A DNA stretch of 39,953 nucleotides. It comes from Lama guanicoe (lineage: Eukaryota). A program made the translations under genes and the position numbers. Shown in pieces: positions 25,086-37,690 of the stretch (positions within the stretch are counted from its first letter, which is position 1; every line of letters begins with the position of its first letter). The notes beneath the pieces were generated by a model. It saw only the letters and a program-made list of their open reading frames with translations, had not been told where the DNA came from and searched no databases. Location of the stretch: contig MU053816.1 in NCBI GenBank assembly GCA_013239625.1, positions 3,363 through 43,315 on the forward strand, in the 5' to 3' direction.

Positions 25086-25614
25086 TTCCTGCAAATCACA
25101 TGATTTTCCCGCTTATATAAATCACAGCTTGTTTTTCTCAACTGGCTGCAGACTTAAAGGTGCAGTGTCTTCTTTCTCTCCCAAGGGCAGGGGTGCCCCG
25201 GGGTGCTTCTGACGCACCTCCCCTGCCAGCTGGCTGGAGGTGGCTTGGCCAATGAGAGTGTCAGGGTTCAGAATTTAGGGAGCCCTCTGCACCTCATAGT
25301 TGGGAATGTTTTCTTTTTAGCTTGAGACCAGGGAAGGACGTGGAAATAGGATCACCAGATGAGCAGACAGAGCCAACCGGGTTGGTGGTATTGGTGTTGG
25401 TGTCGGTGTCAGAGACCTCTCCGGAGACCAGCTGCCCCCGAGAGCCGTGGACACCCTGGATGCCCCCGGGGCACCCTGAGCTGAGGGCTCAAGATGAATT
25501 TGTCCTGTGGGAGATCTGTAGTGGCCAAAATCAGGCTTCCAAGGCTGATGCTTACTATTGCGACCAGGTCTGGTTGTATGTTTGAGGCCAACCTATCTGG
25601 GAAGAAAAAGAAAA

Positions 25615-26620
25615 TCAACACGTATATTAAGCACCTACTATCTGAGTATTAGTGCAGGGAGAAACTAAGACCCATGAGACAGTCTTCTCCTTCGAGCGGT
25701 TTATGCTGTTTGCAGTGATGAGATACAGACTTGGGAGAGATTACACAGCACTAGCGTGTGTCAAAGCTTGTTCTAGGCTAAACAGAAGAGTTACAAGGCA
25801 GTGCATAATTACTGCCTGATGAACAGTACAGATAATGAATCCTGCAGGCTTTGAGGGGAGGGCTGGCAGGAGGGAGGAGGGGACAGCCTCCTGGGGGCAC
25901 TGGGAGCCACAAGTAGGTAGGAGAGAGAGGGAAAGGAGCTTGGTGTTGGGAGGGATGTGTGCAGCGAGCAGTCCTTTCGCTAAACTGAGGAACAGAGGAG
26001 TGGAGGATGGGGTGCGAGGCTGGAAAGACACGGGACCAGATGCAGGCAGCCTAGAGTACAGGGCTGAACGTGGACTTGATTTGATGAAGGCAGGGTGCCA
26101 GCCAGTGGAGGCACAGGGCAGGTACGTGTGTGGTGTGATGTATCTGGCAGTGGTGTACAGCCATGAGCTGGAAGTCCTTAGGGAACTGGCTGGAGGCTTC
26201 TGCAGGGACCAGGCAGACCTAAGGTTCACAGTGCTAGGATGTGAAGAGAAAAAGTAGAAACAAAAAGCCAGGGGTAAGAGAGATTTTGAAGGAAGACTTG
26301 AGATCACTGAGTGAGTGTGTATATGGGGGAGGGGGAGAAATGACCAAAAGGGGTGGTGATTTTTGAGCTTGGGAGGCAGGAGGAGGGGGGGGTGTGAGTG
26401 TTGAGGTTAAGGGTTCCTTTTAGAAATAATGGTGTTTGTAAGGACTGTGGGATCCTAACTGGGCACTGTCCAGGGGGCTGGAAATCAGAACAGAGGATCT
26501 GCACGGAGGAAACAGCCCAAGGGATGAAAGAGACACCACCAATTTACAGGGAGACAGCAGAAAGGGAGAAGGAGACACAGGGCCTGGGAATACTCACATT
26601 TAGGGGAGGAGCCAGCAGCG
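25615..26620 (-). mobile_element. LINE-2 3' portion
   Basis: TCAACACGTATATTAAGCACCTACTAT followed by antisense L2-like purine-rich sequence. Confidence 0.65.
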
Positions 26621-26669
26621 AGGCTGTGGAGGGAATGCGTGGCCTGGGTGAGCAGTGCCTGCCCAACTT

Positions 26670-26800
26670 CTGGGTGGTTTATTTTCTCCAATCTGTAAAA
26701 TGGGAAAGCACACTTGTATCATATTCTGTGCGGATAAAGGGAAGTACCTGAAGCACCGAGCACACTGCACAGCGCCTGGCACAAAGCAAGTGCTGAATTC
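26670..26800 (+). mobile_element. MIR fragment
   Basis: TCTGTAAAATGGGA...GCACAGCGCCTGGCACAAAGCAAGTGCT. Confidence 0.7.
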
Positions 26801-28059
26801 CAGTGTACTCCCCCTCCACACCCCTTCCCACCCCCCCCATTTCATGTAAGTGACAGGCACTGGATCAGTTTCTCCCTTCTTAAATTGTAACCGAGCTGTT
26901 GCTGGTGGTGCTTTTCTTCTTCTTACCACTCCCCACCCCACCTCTTCGTCTTCTAGAAGAAACAGTCTGGCTTGCATGACTAATTATTTGAACCGGATAT
27001 AGCCTCCATTATAGAGGAAGGAAATAATAAATTTGTTTCCTAAGGGCCTCTTAGTTGGAGATGGCGATTACCTCATTTGATCCTTCCAGGGGCCCTGCAA
27101 GGTTTGGAGGTTGGGGGTGGAGGCAGGTATGATCAGGCCTTCCCCCCACTGCAGCTGAAAAAATGGAAGAAGGTTTGTAAAAAGTTTGATTATTATGTTT
27201 GAGAATCACATGTCTGTCGGTACCCTCTAGTTCAAAGATTTCCAAACTTTTATTTTTAGCCCTTTATTTTTGGAAATTAATTTTACCAGGGAGTCAGATA
27301 CAGGCAGGAGTTCTGGTTTCAGTGGAGCTGGGAGGTTCTGAGTCTCAATCTCTGGGATCCGCTCCTACTGCCGGCCCCCAGGCCAGGCTGGGCAGTGGGG
27401 CTGTGCTTCTGGGGTAACCCCGCACCCAGAGTCTCAGTTTCTACACTCAGCTTCTTTCTCCTTGTCGGCCACAAACTTCCTCACTTCGAAGGCCTGGCTG
27501 GGGCCCAGGAAGGCTCCGCAGACCCCTGGGTGTACCCGTTGTGCGGGCTGAGTGTTGTCTCTGGTGATGCCGCTGCCTGGGGTGTGAACCAGCGCGGCTC
27601 CCAGGCCGAAGGCCGGGGGCGCTGTCTCAGGGCAGACCGGATGGACAGCAACATCTGATGTCACTGGTCCCAGGAGCCCCCCAGGCTGGGGTGTGCTGGC
27701 CTGCTCTGCTCACGTGCTTTGGGCTCTTATTTCCTCTTTGAATATGTTTCTTGAAAAACAAACCCTTTGAGGTCAGAAAACAGTTTATAATTTTCAGAAC
27801 GGTGCTTTGAAATAAAACAAATATTGTAACATGTCCTGTGGATAGTTCTATAAAGCTGTGAAAGAGCCACACATAATATACTCTATCTGCAATACTATTT
27901 ATCATCCTGTTCAAAGCAGCCGCATTTATGAGTCGCTTCTTTGAGTGGTATCAATTCCCCAAAGAGATGAGCATGAGAAAATGATTAAAAGAATTCCATG
28001 TGAGTTTTGCTTTTAAAATAAAGTCTTGGTAAACCAGCATCCTAATCCTATGCTATCAT

Positions 28060-29960
28060 TTATTCTTCCACTGATCTATCTATGTATTTATTTGCATTAG
28101 AAATGTAATACACACCAATGATAAAAGCAGAAACAGATCATTCTGAAGGGTGTAAAATGAAAAGTGGAAGTCCCCTCTTATTACCCAAGTTTACTCCCCT
28201 GAGATGATGGAAGTTAATGGTTTCTTTCTTTCTTTTTTTTTTTTGGTGGTGGGAGGTAATTAGGTTTTGCTTATTTATTTATTCTTAGAAGAAATACTGG
28301 GGATTGAACCTAGGACCTCATGCATGCTAAGCATGCACTCTACCACTTGAGCTATACCTTCCCCCCATCTTATGATCGAGAAAGTTTTTGTTGCATGCGG
28401 GGTGTGTGTGTGTGTATACATCTAATCTAATATTTTTCCACAAATGGTCTAGTTCTGTGACTTCTTCCCTCCACTTAAGTATATATCTTGGCATACAGGT
28501 CTATCTCAGTCTTTTAAATGATTACCTAGCTCTGGTATTTATATAATATTTTATACAATATTCCCACATTTAGGTTGTTTCCTGGTTTTTCCCCTTATAA
28601 ACTGCTACAATAAGCATCTTTGTATATATTGTTGCATACTTGTGTACATGCTAATATGTATGTGAGATAAATTCTTAGCAGTGGAATGAGGTGAGTGTAT
28701 ACGTACACAAATTAAAAATCTTTTATCCTGCACTACTTAAGACATAGGACAAGATATAAAGAATAAAAACAGCTTAGGAAACATTGTCAGCACAGGTAAG
28801 TGTTCTTTGTACAACCCTGATCGCCATCCCTCTTGTGTCACCCCGAGGATGCCAGGATCCTGAATTTGGTATTTATCGTCCCCAGGCAATGCCTTGAACA
28901 TTGTTACATTTTACATAAATGGTACTGGCTGTATATGCTCTTGTGAGACTTCCATCTTTTCCTCAATATTATATTCCTGAGATTCTTCTATGCTGATAAT
29001 CATTTTTGAACTAATTTCTCTGCAGTACTGAATAACTTCAGATTGTATGAATATGCCACAAATTATGTATTCATTTCCTGGTTAATGAACATTAAAGTTG
29101 TACTAGTTTTTTTTTTCTGCTATGAAAAATGCCATGGTGAACATTCTTGTGTACATCTCCTGATTGTCCCTGTGTGGGGATTTCCCTCGGGTATTTGCCT
29201 GGGAGGGAATGGCTGGTTCATAGAACACGAGCATCTTCAATGATATTATAAATTGTTCTCTAAAGTGGTTTTACACTCTCACCTGTAGTCAGTTATTCCA
29301 CATTCTCGCCCACACTTGGTGTTGTCCAACTTCTAATTTTGCCAGTTTGATGTGAAATACCTGTGGTTTCCGTTCATAGTTCTTGGATAACTAGTGAGAC
29401 TGGGCATCTTTTTACGTATTTTGTGGCCATGCGTGTTTCTGCGCATGTGAGTTGCCTTTGCCCATTTTTTTTTCTGTTGGAGTCTTTGTCTTTTCCTAAT
29501 TGATTTATAGAATGTCATTATATTTTGTGCTTGCTGGTCTGTTACAGTTTCCATAGTATCTTTTCCCAATCTGTTGATTCTTTTCACCTTTTAAAGGGTG
29601 ACTTTTGATGAACAGAAGCTTAGTTAATGTAGTTGTTCTGTATTTAAATTTTTGATTTTGTTAATTGCCCAGGTTAGATGTCTGTCAATAGAGTAAGAGT
29701 GCCTGTTTCTCCACAGTCCTGCCAACACTGGGCACTGTCGGTTTTAATTTTTATTAATCTTGATAGGTGAAAATTGTCGCCTCCTGGTTTTGATTTGTCT
29801 AAATTGTGAGTAAGCCTGAGCATGTTTTCCCAGGATTACTGGTCGTTTGCATTCTTTTTCTGTTTTTATGCTTCATTTTTCTTTTGGGCAGTTTGCTTTG
29901 TCTTAGTTGATTGTCCTGATTGATCTGTAAGGGCTTCTGGACGTTAAGGAGATTTGTCCT
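28060..29960 (-). mobile_element. Very old L1 (L1ME-like) 3' fragments
   Basis: T-rich antisense L1 remnants, e.g. TAAAGTGGTTTTACA, CCACATTCTCGCCCACACTTGG and TTTTGATGAACAGAAGCT. Confidence 0.65.
28221..28364 (-). mobile_element. tRNA-derived short SINE (camelid Vic-1-like)
   Basis: The minus strand reads GGGGAAGGTATAGCTCAAGTGGTAGAGTGCATGCTTAGCATGCATGAGGTCCTAGGTTCAATCCCCAGTA...AAACCTAATTACCTCCC plus an A-tail. Confidence 0.92.
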
Positions 29961-32280
29961 GTTCGGGCACGAGTGCGGCTCCGTGTTGTACACAGCCCTT
30001 CACTGCCGGCCCCTGACGGTGCGGAAAGGGAAGCAGCCCCCATTACACATTTACCCTCTTTGGCCCTCGACCACGTGGCCGTATTGAGTGATAAAGAAAA
30101 AAGTTAGAACTGGAGGCTTTGTGGGGGCGGCAGGGGGAGCAGCGTGGTTCTGTGTAAGGAGGGGGCGCCTGGCAGATTGTGTGTGTGTCCTGTGGGGCCC
30201 ATATTGACATGGATTTAAAAATGGAGGCTGGAGGGAGCGTTTGAGTTGGGGCAGTGGTGACGTGGCCTGCATTCTTACTTCTTAAGCTGAGTGTTACTAA
30301 CGCCCACAGGAGGAAGTCTGAGGTGTCCTGGGGTGCTTGACTCCTCTTGGCTGGCGGCAAGAGTGGGGAATTGAATGGTTCTGAGGGTCCAGGATGTGCC
30401 AGGAACACAGCCTGAGGGGAGGCGTTACTAGGTGAGGAAGTGGAAGCTCAAGAAAGCTGCTTTGCTCCAGGTCAAACGGCCATAAGTGGCCAAGCTGGGT
30501 CTCAGCTGGGACTAGCTCACTCCCCAGGCGAGCTCTTTGCAGCATGCTAATGCTTCCACCACGATTAGGCTCAATTAGGGGAGGACTCAGCTTTTATAAA
30601 GAGATTTGTCAGGAGAACCTTCTAACAAGAGAGTAAAATTAGGACATAGTTTAAATAGATTGCCATCTCAACAGTGAAATTTCACATTTCTGAGTTTTAA
30701 TGTTAGTAATTGGCTTAAGTAGTGCTTCCAGAGAACACAGGTAAATGAACAGTAATTATAATTGGACTCGACTGAGAAGAGTAGTAGTCTTAATAGTCCT
30801 GTTCACTCCTGAAAGGATGTTCGAAACCAGCGCGGAATCTGTTCTCCCCCTCCTGCATTTAGTAGAATTTGGATGACACTAAACTTTCTCTTCACTCGTG
30901 TTTTCATTCCACGACTGTTTACGAAACGCACACTTTGTGCCATTTTGCTGAGAGCTGAGGAAGTGGCGAACTGACTCAGGTCCTGCCCTCTTGGAGCCTA
31001 GAGGAGACGATAATCAAAAAACAAGTAAATAAACAAAAGAAATAAAATACTTCACGGCTGTCATCAGTGCCATGCAGGGCACATGCAGGTGCTGTGACAG
31101 AATAACATGGGGCCGCCTTTCGACAGGGAGTCAGGGAATGTCGCATACACTTCGGGGGCGACCGAGTACTAACATTTATGTTTGGGGTAAAAATACCGCC
31201 TGTATTCAGCCTCCCTATAAACAGTGTTCTTTCAGCACACTTCTGGGGGCTTCAAAACTGAGAGTCACCAGGCTCCCCAACAGCCTCTCCTCCTGCTCAG
31301 TTCTGAAGGGAAGCCCCCTGCACTCGGGGGGGTGCAGTCTTTTTTTTTTAATAACCGGGTGTGAATCATGATTTTTAATAAAAATATCTTCCTTGAGGTA
31401 AATAACTCCCACTCCTCCTTAATGGGAGGACCTGAAGGCATCCAAGGAGAATATAAATTCCGGAGGTCTGTCCAGAACCAACACTACAACTTCCTCTTCT
31501 GGGTTTGCTGCCCTTCAGGAAAGCAGCTCCTCCCAGGAGGTGTGGAAGGTTTGCTTTCTGCACTCTGTCCCCACGCCCCTGCCTACCTGCCAGCCCACGA
31601 AGGGCCAGGTGGTGGCTTAACCATTTTCTTGCCTCCCCCCGCCCCCCCGCCAAAGTGAGGCGCTTCCTCAGTTCACACACACTTCCTGTTGGTCGTTTGA
31701 GCCCTGCTAAGAGCACTAAGCTTCCAAGAGTATGATTTGATGGTTGTGGTTAGGATTCACCACCCATCTCCCAGGACCTTATGGGAGGCTTTTAGTTTGT
31801 TTTGCCTGTAGTTATGTCTGTGTAGAATCTGTATGACATTAAACTTTCTTTTCACATGTTCGCTCAACAGCTGTTTATTAAATGCACATTTTGTGCAATT
31901 TTGCTAAGAACTGAGAGAGTGGTGACTAGAGACCCAGTCTGCCCTCAGGGGCAAAACACATACCACATCTAAACAGATGAATGATACACCTTCAGGTCCA
32001 CTTATGTCCTCAGTCCAAAGTCAAATTTCTGGGTCTTTTATTTGACTTTGAAGAGGGCTTCTCTTTCTAACCAATTTTTATAAAGTTCTTAGCGTTGCTC
32101 CTCTTTCTTCCTACCTGCCCTCTTCCTAAGTAAAGTAGTATGTAGCTCTGGGCAATTTCCAGGCATTTGTCTGGTCACCTGTGGGAGAGATCTCACTTTT
32201 CAGGGAGAGGGAATAAAGGAACGCTGCTTCTGACACGCACCTGAGGAAATGAAATCCTTACCTCCGTTAAACTGGTGTTT

Positions 32281-32343
32281 GGGGTCCATCTAGTGGCCAG
32301 AAGGGTTTTAACACAAACCTGGACTCTTGCCCTCTCGTGGCAA
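32281..32343 (-). promoter_or_regulatory. Two co-oriented CTCF-like motifs
   Basis: Minus strand TGGCCACTAGATGGACC (within 32281-32299) and TTGCCACGAGAGGGCAA (within 32325-32343), compared with the core CCASYAGRKGGCRS. Confidence 0.5.
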
Positions 32344-34731
32344 GAGGCAGTATGACACCACAGGAATCCTTTCCCTGCCTTGCGTAGGATGACAGAAATA
32401 AAGATACAGATCAGGAAGGAAGTGAATTATCAGCTAAGGTTTGCTTAACATGCATAAAGCAGATAGGACTCCGAGATGGGCCAGGAGAGTGCCAACACTG
32501 GCTTGGCACCTGCAGTTGCTGCCTGCTGTCCAAAGAATATTAAAAAAAAAAACCAAATGTGAAAATCCAAATTTACAATCGTGTGTGGCTGTGGTGTGAA
32601 TATATGACATATTCTCAATTATTATTTTTTCATCTTAATCCTGTGCCAGAATTTTAGCACTGGAAAAGAAATTTAGAAGTTAGTAGACAAAATTTTATTC
32701 AACTTTTACTATTAACCTCTGTACTAAGAGCTATTAGGGGCCTGAGATGAATTAGGTACGCATAAGCCCAGTCCTTAAAGAGTTAAAAGTGTAGGGGTAA
32801 AGTCAGAGAAACCAGCAAGCAAATGCCATGTAGTATGTGGTGACGGTGGAAGAGCATGCGTGCTGTCGGACGGGGGTGTAGAATGGCCACCTCTGTCTGG
32901 AGGTCAGGGGAGGCTTGAAAGAGAGGAGGTAGCACCTGATTTGTGTCTTGCAGAGTAGGGAGTTCTCCAGGTGGGCTGGGTGAGAGAAGAGTGAGGCCCA
33001 GGCGGTTGGAAAGCGCGTGCAGGGAGGCCAACATGGCATTGGGCGTCCAGGAGCTGCAAATGTGGCGGTAGCATATGGTGGGAGGTACACTGTAGGTGCT
33101 CTGTAAATCCTTGCTGAGTGAATGAATGAACGAATGAATGGATGATGGTGGGAGTGGTGGGAGAGGAGGTTGAAGAAAGGTTTTGTGGGGGACAGATCAT
33201 AATACTAAGGGATATGTACATTATGCTGGAAGAGGTGAGGGAGGGTGAGGTGGAGGACCATTGAAGTTGTTAAGCGGCAGAGTTACAGGATCAGGTTTAT
33301 GTTTTAAAAATAATTTGGATAGCAGTGAGAAGGAAGCAGAGAATGAATTAGCAGGCTACTGTAATAATTTAGTGAATGATATGGGCCTAAGACAGTGGAA
33401 ATGGAATTGTGGAAGGAACAGATTTAAGTACTATTTATTAATTTTAATTTTATTCCAGTTTGAAATACAGTTGACATATAATTTTGTATTAGCTTAAAGC
33501 ATAAACATAATGATTTGATAATATGTGTATATTCAAAATGATTGCCACAATATATTTAGTTAACATCTATCACCACCCATAGTTACAAGTTTTTTTTCTT
33601 GTGACGAGAACTTTTAAGATTCACTCTCTTAGCAACTTTCAAATATGTAATGAAGTATTGTTAACTACAGTCACCATGCTGTACATTACATCCCCAGGAC
33701 TTATTTATGTTACAGCTGGAAGTTTGTACTTTTTGACCACCTTCACCTAATTCCCCTGCCTCCTACCACCCCCATCTCTGCTAACTATCCATCTGACTAC
33801 TATTTCTGTGGGTTTGTTTTTTTAAGATTTCACATATAGGTGAGATCGTGTAGTGTTTGTCTGCCTTCATCTGAGTTATTTCACTTAGTGTAATGCCTTC
33901 AAGATCTATCCATGTTGTCACGAATAACAGGATTTCCTTCTTTTTTATAGCTGCATAATAGTCCATTGTATATGTATACCACATTTTCTTTATTCATTGT
34001 CCATGAACACGTAGGTTGTTTCCATGCCTTGGCTATTGTAAATAATACTGCAATGAACATGGGGGTGCAGATATCTCTTTGAGATAACGATTTTGTTTCC
34101 TTTAATATACATACCTAAAAGTGGAATTGCTGGGTCATATGGTAATTCTGTTCCCAGTTTTTTTAAGGAACCTCTGTACTGCTCTCCAGAGTGGCTGCAC
34201 CATTTTACACTCCTACTGACAGTGCACAAGGGTTCCCTTTTCTCCACATCCTCCCCACCACTTGCTATCTCGTCTTTTTGATGATTGCCATTCTGACAGG
34301 TGTGAGGTGATATCTCACTGTGGATTTGATGGATTTGATTTGCATTTCTCTGATGATTAATGATGTTGAGCACCTTTTCATGTACATGTACAAGAACTAT
34401 GGAAAACTATTTAGTATTCAGTTCATCTGCCCATTTTTTAATCGAATTGCTTTTTGCTATTGAGTTGTATGAGTTCTTTGTATATTTTGGATATTAATCC
34501 CTTATCAGATATATGGGTTGCAAATATTTTCTCCCCTTCCATAGGTTACCTTTTGATTTTAGTGATGGTTTCCTTTGCTGAAACTCTTTAGTTTGATGTA
34601 GTTCCACTTAGTTTTGCTTTTGTTGTCTTATCCAAAAAAAATCATTGTGAGGATTGATGTCAAGAAGCTTATCTCTGTGTTGTCTTCTAGGATTTTTGTG
34701 GTTTCAGGTGTTACGGCCAGGTCTTTTGAAC

Positions 34732-34755
34732 ATCAATCAATCAATCAATCAATCA
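34732..34755 (+). repeat. (ATCA)6 microsatellite within L1 ORF2
   Basis: Read directly from the sequence. Confidence 0.9.
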
Positions 34756-35644
34756 AAAATCAATCCATTTGGAATTGATTTTTGTGTGTGGTATAAGATG
34801 AGGGTTCAGTTTCATTCTTTGGCATGTGGCTGTCCAGTTTTCCCAACACCATTTATCGAAGAGACTATCCTTTCCCCATTGTATATTCTTGGCTCCTTTG
34901 TTGTAATTAATTGGCCGTATGTGCATGGGTTTATTTCTGGGCTCTCTATTCTGGTCCATTGATCTATGTATCTGTTTTTAGGCTGTTACCATACTGTTGT
35001 GATCATTGTAGCTTCATAACATAGCTTGAAATCAAGAAGTGTGATGCCTCCAGCTTTGTTATTCTTTCCCAGGATTACTTTGGCTATTTGGGTCTTTTGT
35101 GGTTTCCTACAAAATTTAGGATTGTTTTTCTATTTCTGTGAAAAATGCCGTTGGAATTTTGATAGGGATTACATTGAATCTGTAGGTTGCTTTGGGTAGT
35201 ATAGATATTTTAACAATATTAATTCTTCCAATCCATGATCACAGAATATCTTTCCATTTATTTGAGTCTTGTATGTCTTATAGTCTTCAGCGTACAGATC
35301 CTTCACCTCCTTAAATTTATTCGTAGGTGTGTTACTCTCTTTGATGCAACTGTAAATGGGATTGTTTTCTTAACTTCTCTTTCTGATAGTTTGTTATTAG
35401 TGTATAGAAACACAACTGATTTTTGTGTATTGATGTTTTTATCCTGCAACTTTACCTAATTCATTTACTCTAACAGTATTTTGGTGGGGTCTTTAGGATT
35501 TTCTACATATAATGTCATGTCATTTTCAAATAGAAGCAGTTTTACTTCTTCCCTTCTGATCTGGATGTCTTTTACGTCTTTTTCCTGCCTAATTGCTCTG
35601 GCTGGGACTTCCCGTCCTATGTTGAAACAAAGTGGAGAGTGTAG

Positions 35645-35759
35645 TGGGGAGGGTCTAAGTCAGTGGTAAAATGCATGCCTAGCGTGCACAAGGTCCTGGG
35701 TTCAATCCCCAGGCCCTCCATTAAAAAGAAATAAACCTAATTACCTCCCCGCCAAAACA
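35645..35759 (+). mobile_element. tRNA-derived short SINE (camelid Vic-1-like) inside the L1
   Basis: GGGGAGGGTCTAAGTCAGTGGTAAAATGCATGCCTAGCGTGCACAAGGTCCTGGGTTCAATCCCCAG...AAACCTAATTACCTCCCC; 18-bp TSD AAACAAAGTGGAGAGTGT at 35625-35642 and 35760-35777. Confidence 0.93.
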
Positions 35760-37476
35760 AAACAAAGTGGAGAGTGTGGGCATCCATGTCTCGTTCCGGA
35801 TCTCAGAGGAAAAGCTCTCAGCTTCTCAGCGAGGAGCCTGATGTCAGCTGCGGGCTTACCGTGTATGGTCTTCACAGGCTGACGCTCATTCCCTCTGTAC
35901 CCGTTTGGCTGAGAGTTTTACAATGAATAAAGCATTTGAATTTGTCAGGTGCTTTTTGTTTATCTATTGAAACAATCATATGACTGTATCCTTCATTCTG
36001 TTAATGTGGTGTATCATATTGATTGCCTTGTGGATGTTAAACAACCCTCGCAGCCCTGGGATAAATCCCACTTGATCACGGAGTGCAGCCCTTTTAATGT
36101 GCTGTTGGATTTGCTTTGCTCATATTTTGTTGAGGATTTTTGCACCTATGTTCATCAGGGATATTGGTTGTAATTTTGTTTTCTTGTAATGCCCTTGTCT
36201 GGTTTTGGTATCAGGGTAATAATGCTGGCCTCGTGAAATGAGTTTGGAAGTGTTCCCTCGTCTTTTAATTTTTGAGAGAGTTTGAGAAGGATTGGTATCA
36301 ATTCTTCTTTAAATGTTTGGTCGAGTTCACCAGTGAATCCATCTGATCCTGGACTTCTGTTTGTTGGGGGGGTTTGGATTACTGACTTTATCTCCTTACT
36401 AGTAATTGGTCTGTTCAAATTTTGTTTCTTTATGATGCAGTCTTGGTAGGTTGTATGGTGCTAGGAATTTATCCGTTTCTTCCAGGTTGTCGACTTTTTT
36501 GCCCATAGTGGTCACTTACGATTCTGTACTATTTAGGATATAGAATTGGTAGAAGGAATGAGAGGGAGGGAAGAGCCTAGGATGGCTTGGGGTCTGGGAG
36601 GAGATTTTGAGAGGAAGGTAAGAACGTAGTGGTGTCTGTGGATGTCCAGGTGGATGTCTAGTGGACACCTAGATGCGTGGGTCGGGTTTAGGATCTCAAG
36701 ACTGAATGAAAGTAACCCAGAGTGTGTGGAGGAGTGTGTGATGGGAGGAGAGAGCTGAGGAAGAACTACGCTGGCAAAGGAGTGGCGGGGAGCGGGTGGA
36801 AGGGGAGCAGGAGAGAAGCAGAAGGAAACCAGCAGAGAGAGGAGACGGCCGGAGGGTCAGGGAAGGGCCGATGAACTCTGGGCTGGAGTCGGCTCTACAG
36901 GATCAGAAGCCTGGGCTGGCTGGGTTTAAAAAAAAACGACTCTGGCGTTTTCTTGCCTGTGTATTTATTTATTCAATGCTCACCCTAGTATTTAGTAAAG
37001 ATTTTTCTTCCAAGAGCTAGATTCCCAGAGTTTCTGTTCCATAAGCAGACACGGGCTGCAGTTGTAGGGGAGATGGGTTCCCTACCCGCTTCCGGTCCGT
37101 CTCGCCGCCGCCGCGATCTCTCTGGCTTGTTAAACGCACAGGGCTGGCAGCTTTTCCCCATCACAAGCGCTCATTGTCCCTTTCTTCACCCCCTTCTCCA
37201 GGGCTCCCCACTGCCCACGTAAAAACTTTCTAGCCTGGCACTCAGGACACCTAAAATCTGACCGGCTTCTCTTTCGGCTTTCTCTCTCAGACCTCTTCTG
37301 CTCATTTCCACCAAGCCAGAGCCTTAGGCACACTGGAGCACGTTTCCCCTCCCTCTGTGTTGCCACCAAAAGTCCTTCCATCCTGTAAGATCAAGATGCA
37401 ACAATCTTCCGTTCAACATTCCTTGATTCTTCCACCTCCCCCTTTTCTATAGCACTTAACACATACTCTATTCTTT

Positions 37477-37690
37477 TCTTTTCTTTTTTTTTTTTTAACA
37501 ATTTCATGTTTTAAATCAACCTTTACAAATATGAGTCGATTCTTAGGAGTTATTTTCATCTCCAGGAATTAAAAATCCTATTTCAAAATGAGATCTTCCA
37601 GGGGTGGTACACTTGAGTTATTTTAACATTTTCATAGGTGCATTAAATATTGTCTGTTCAGTCCCTTTGACTGTCAGGGTTTTTTTTTTT
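37477..37690 (-). pseudogene. Retroposed insert with no recognisable repeat (orphan transduction or truncated retrocopy)
   Basis: Perfect 15-bp TSD CATACTCTATTCTTT at 37462-37476 and 37691-37705; T-rich tail 37477-37496; T11 at 37680-37690. Confidence 0.8.

Larger units (their letters stand above)
33438..36525 (-). mobile_element. About 3.1-kb 5'-truncated L1 (dead ORF2 RT to C-terminus, plus 3' UTR) inserted in an L2
   Basis: ORF2 peptides NRPITSKEIKSVI..SPGSDGFTGE..LIPKPDK (36155-36418), [19 protein letters not shown] (34753-34959) and [15 protein letters not shown] (33781-33984); TSD GTACTATTTA at 33428-33437 and 36526-36535. Confidence 0.95.

Noticed and set aside
24445..25212. Overlapping 104-210 aa ORFs on both strands
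   Set aside because: Expected from stop-codon scarcity in a CpG island; R/P/G/A-rich with no homology I recognise.
28290..28364. tRNA gene (also about 4830-4895 and 35646-35720)
   Set aside because: tRNA-like heads are followed by a shared tail and A-tract, with TSDs at two of the three copies, so they are SINEs.
33781..36418. Reverse-transcriptase-like ORFs as a novel RT system
   Set aside because: These are frameshifted pieces of an ordinary dead L1 ORF2 bounded by a TSD.
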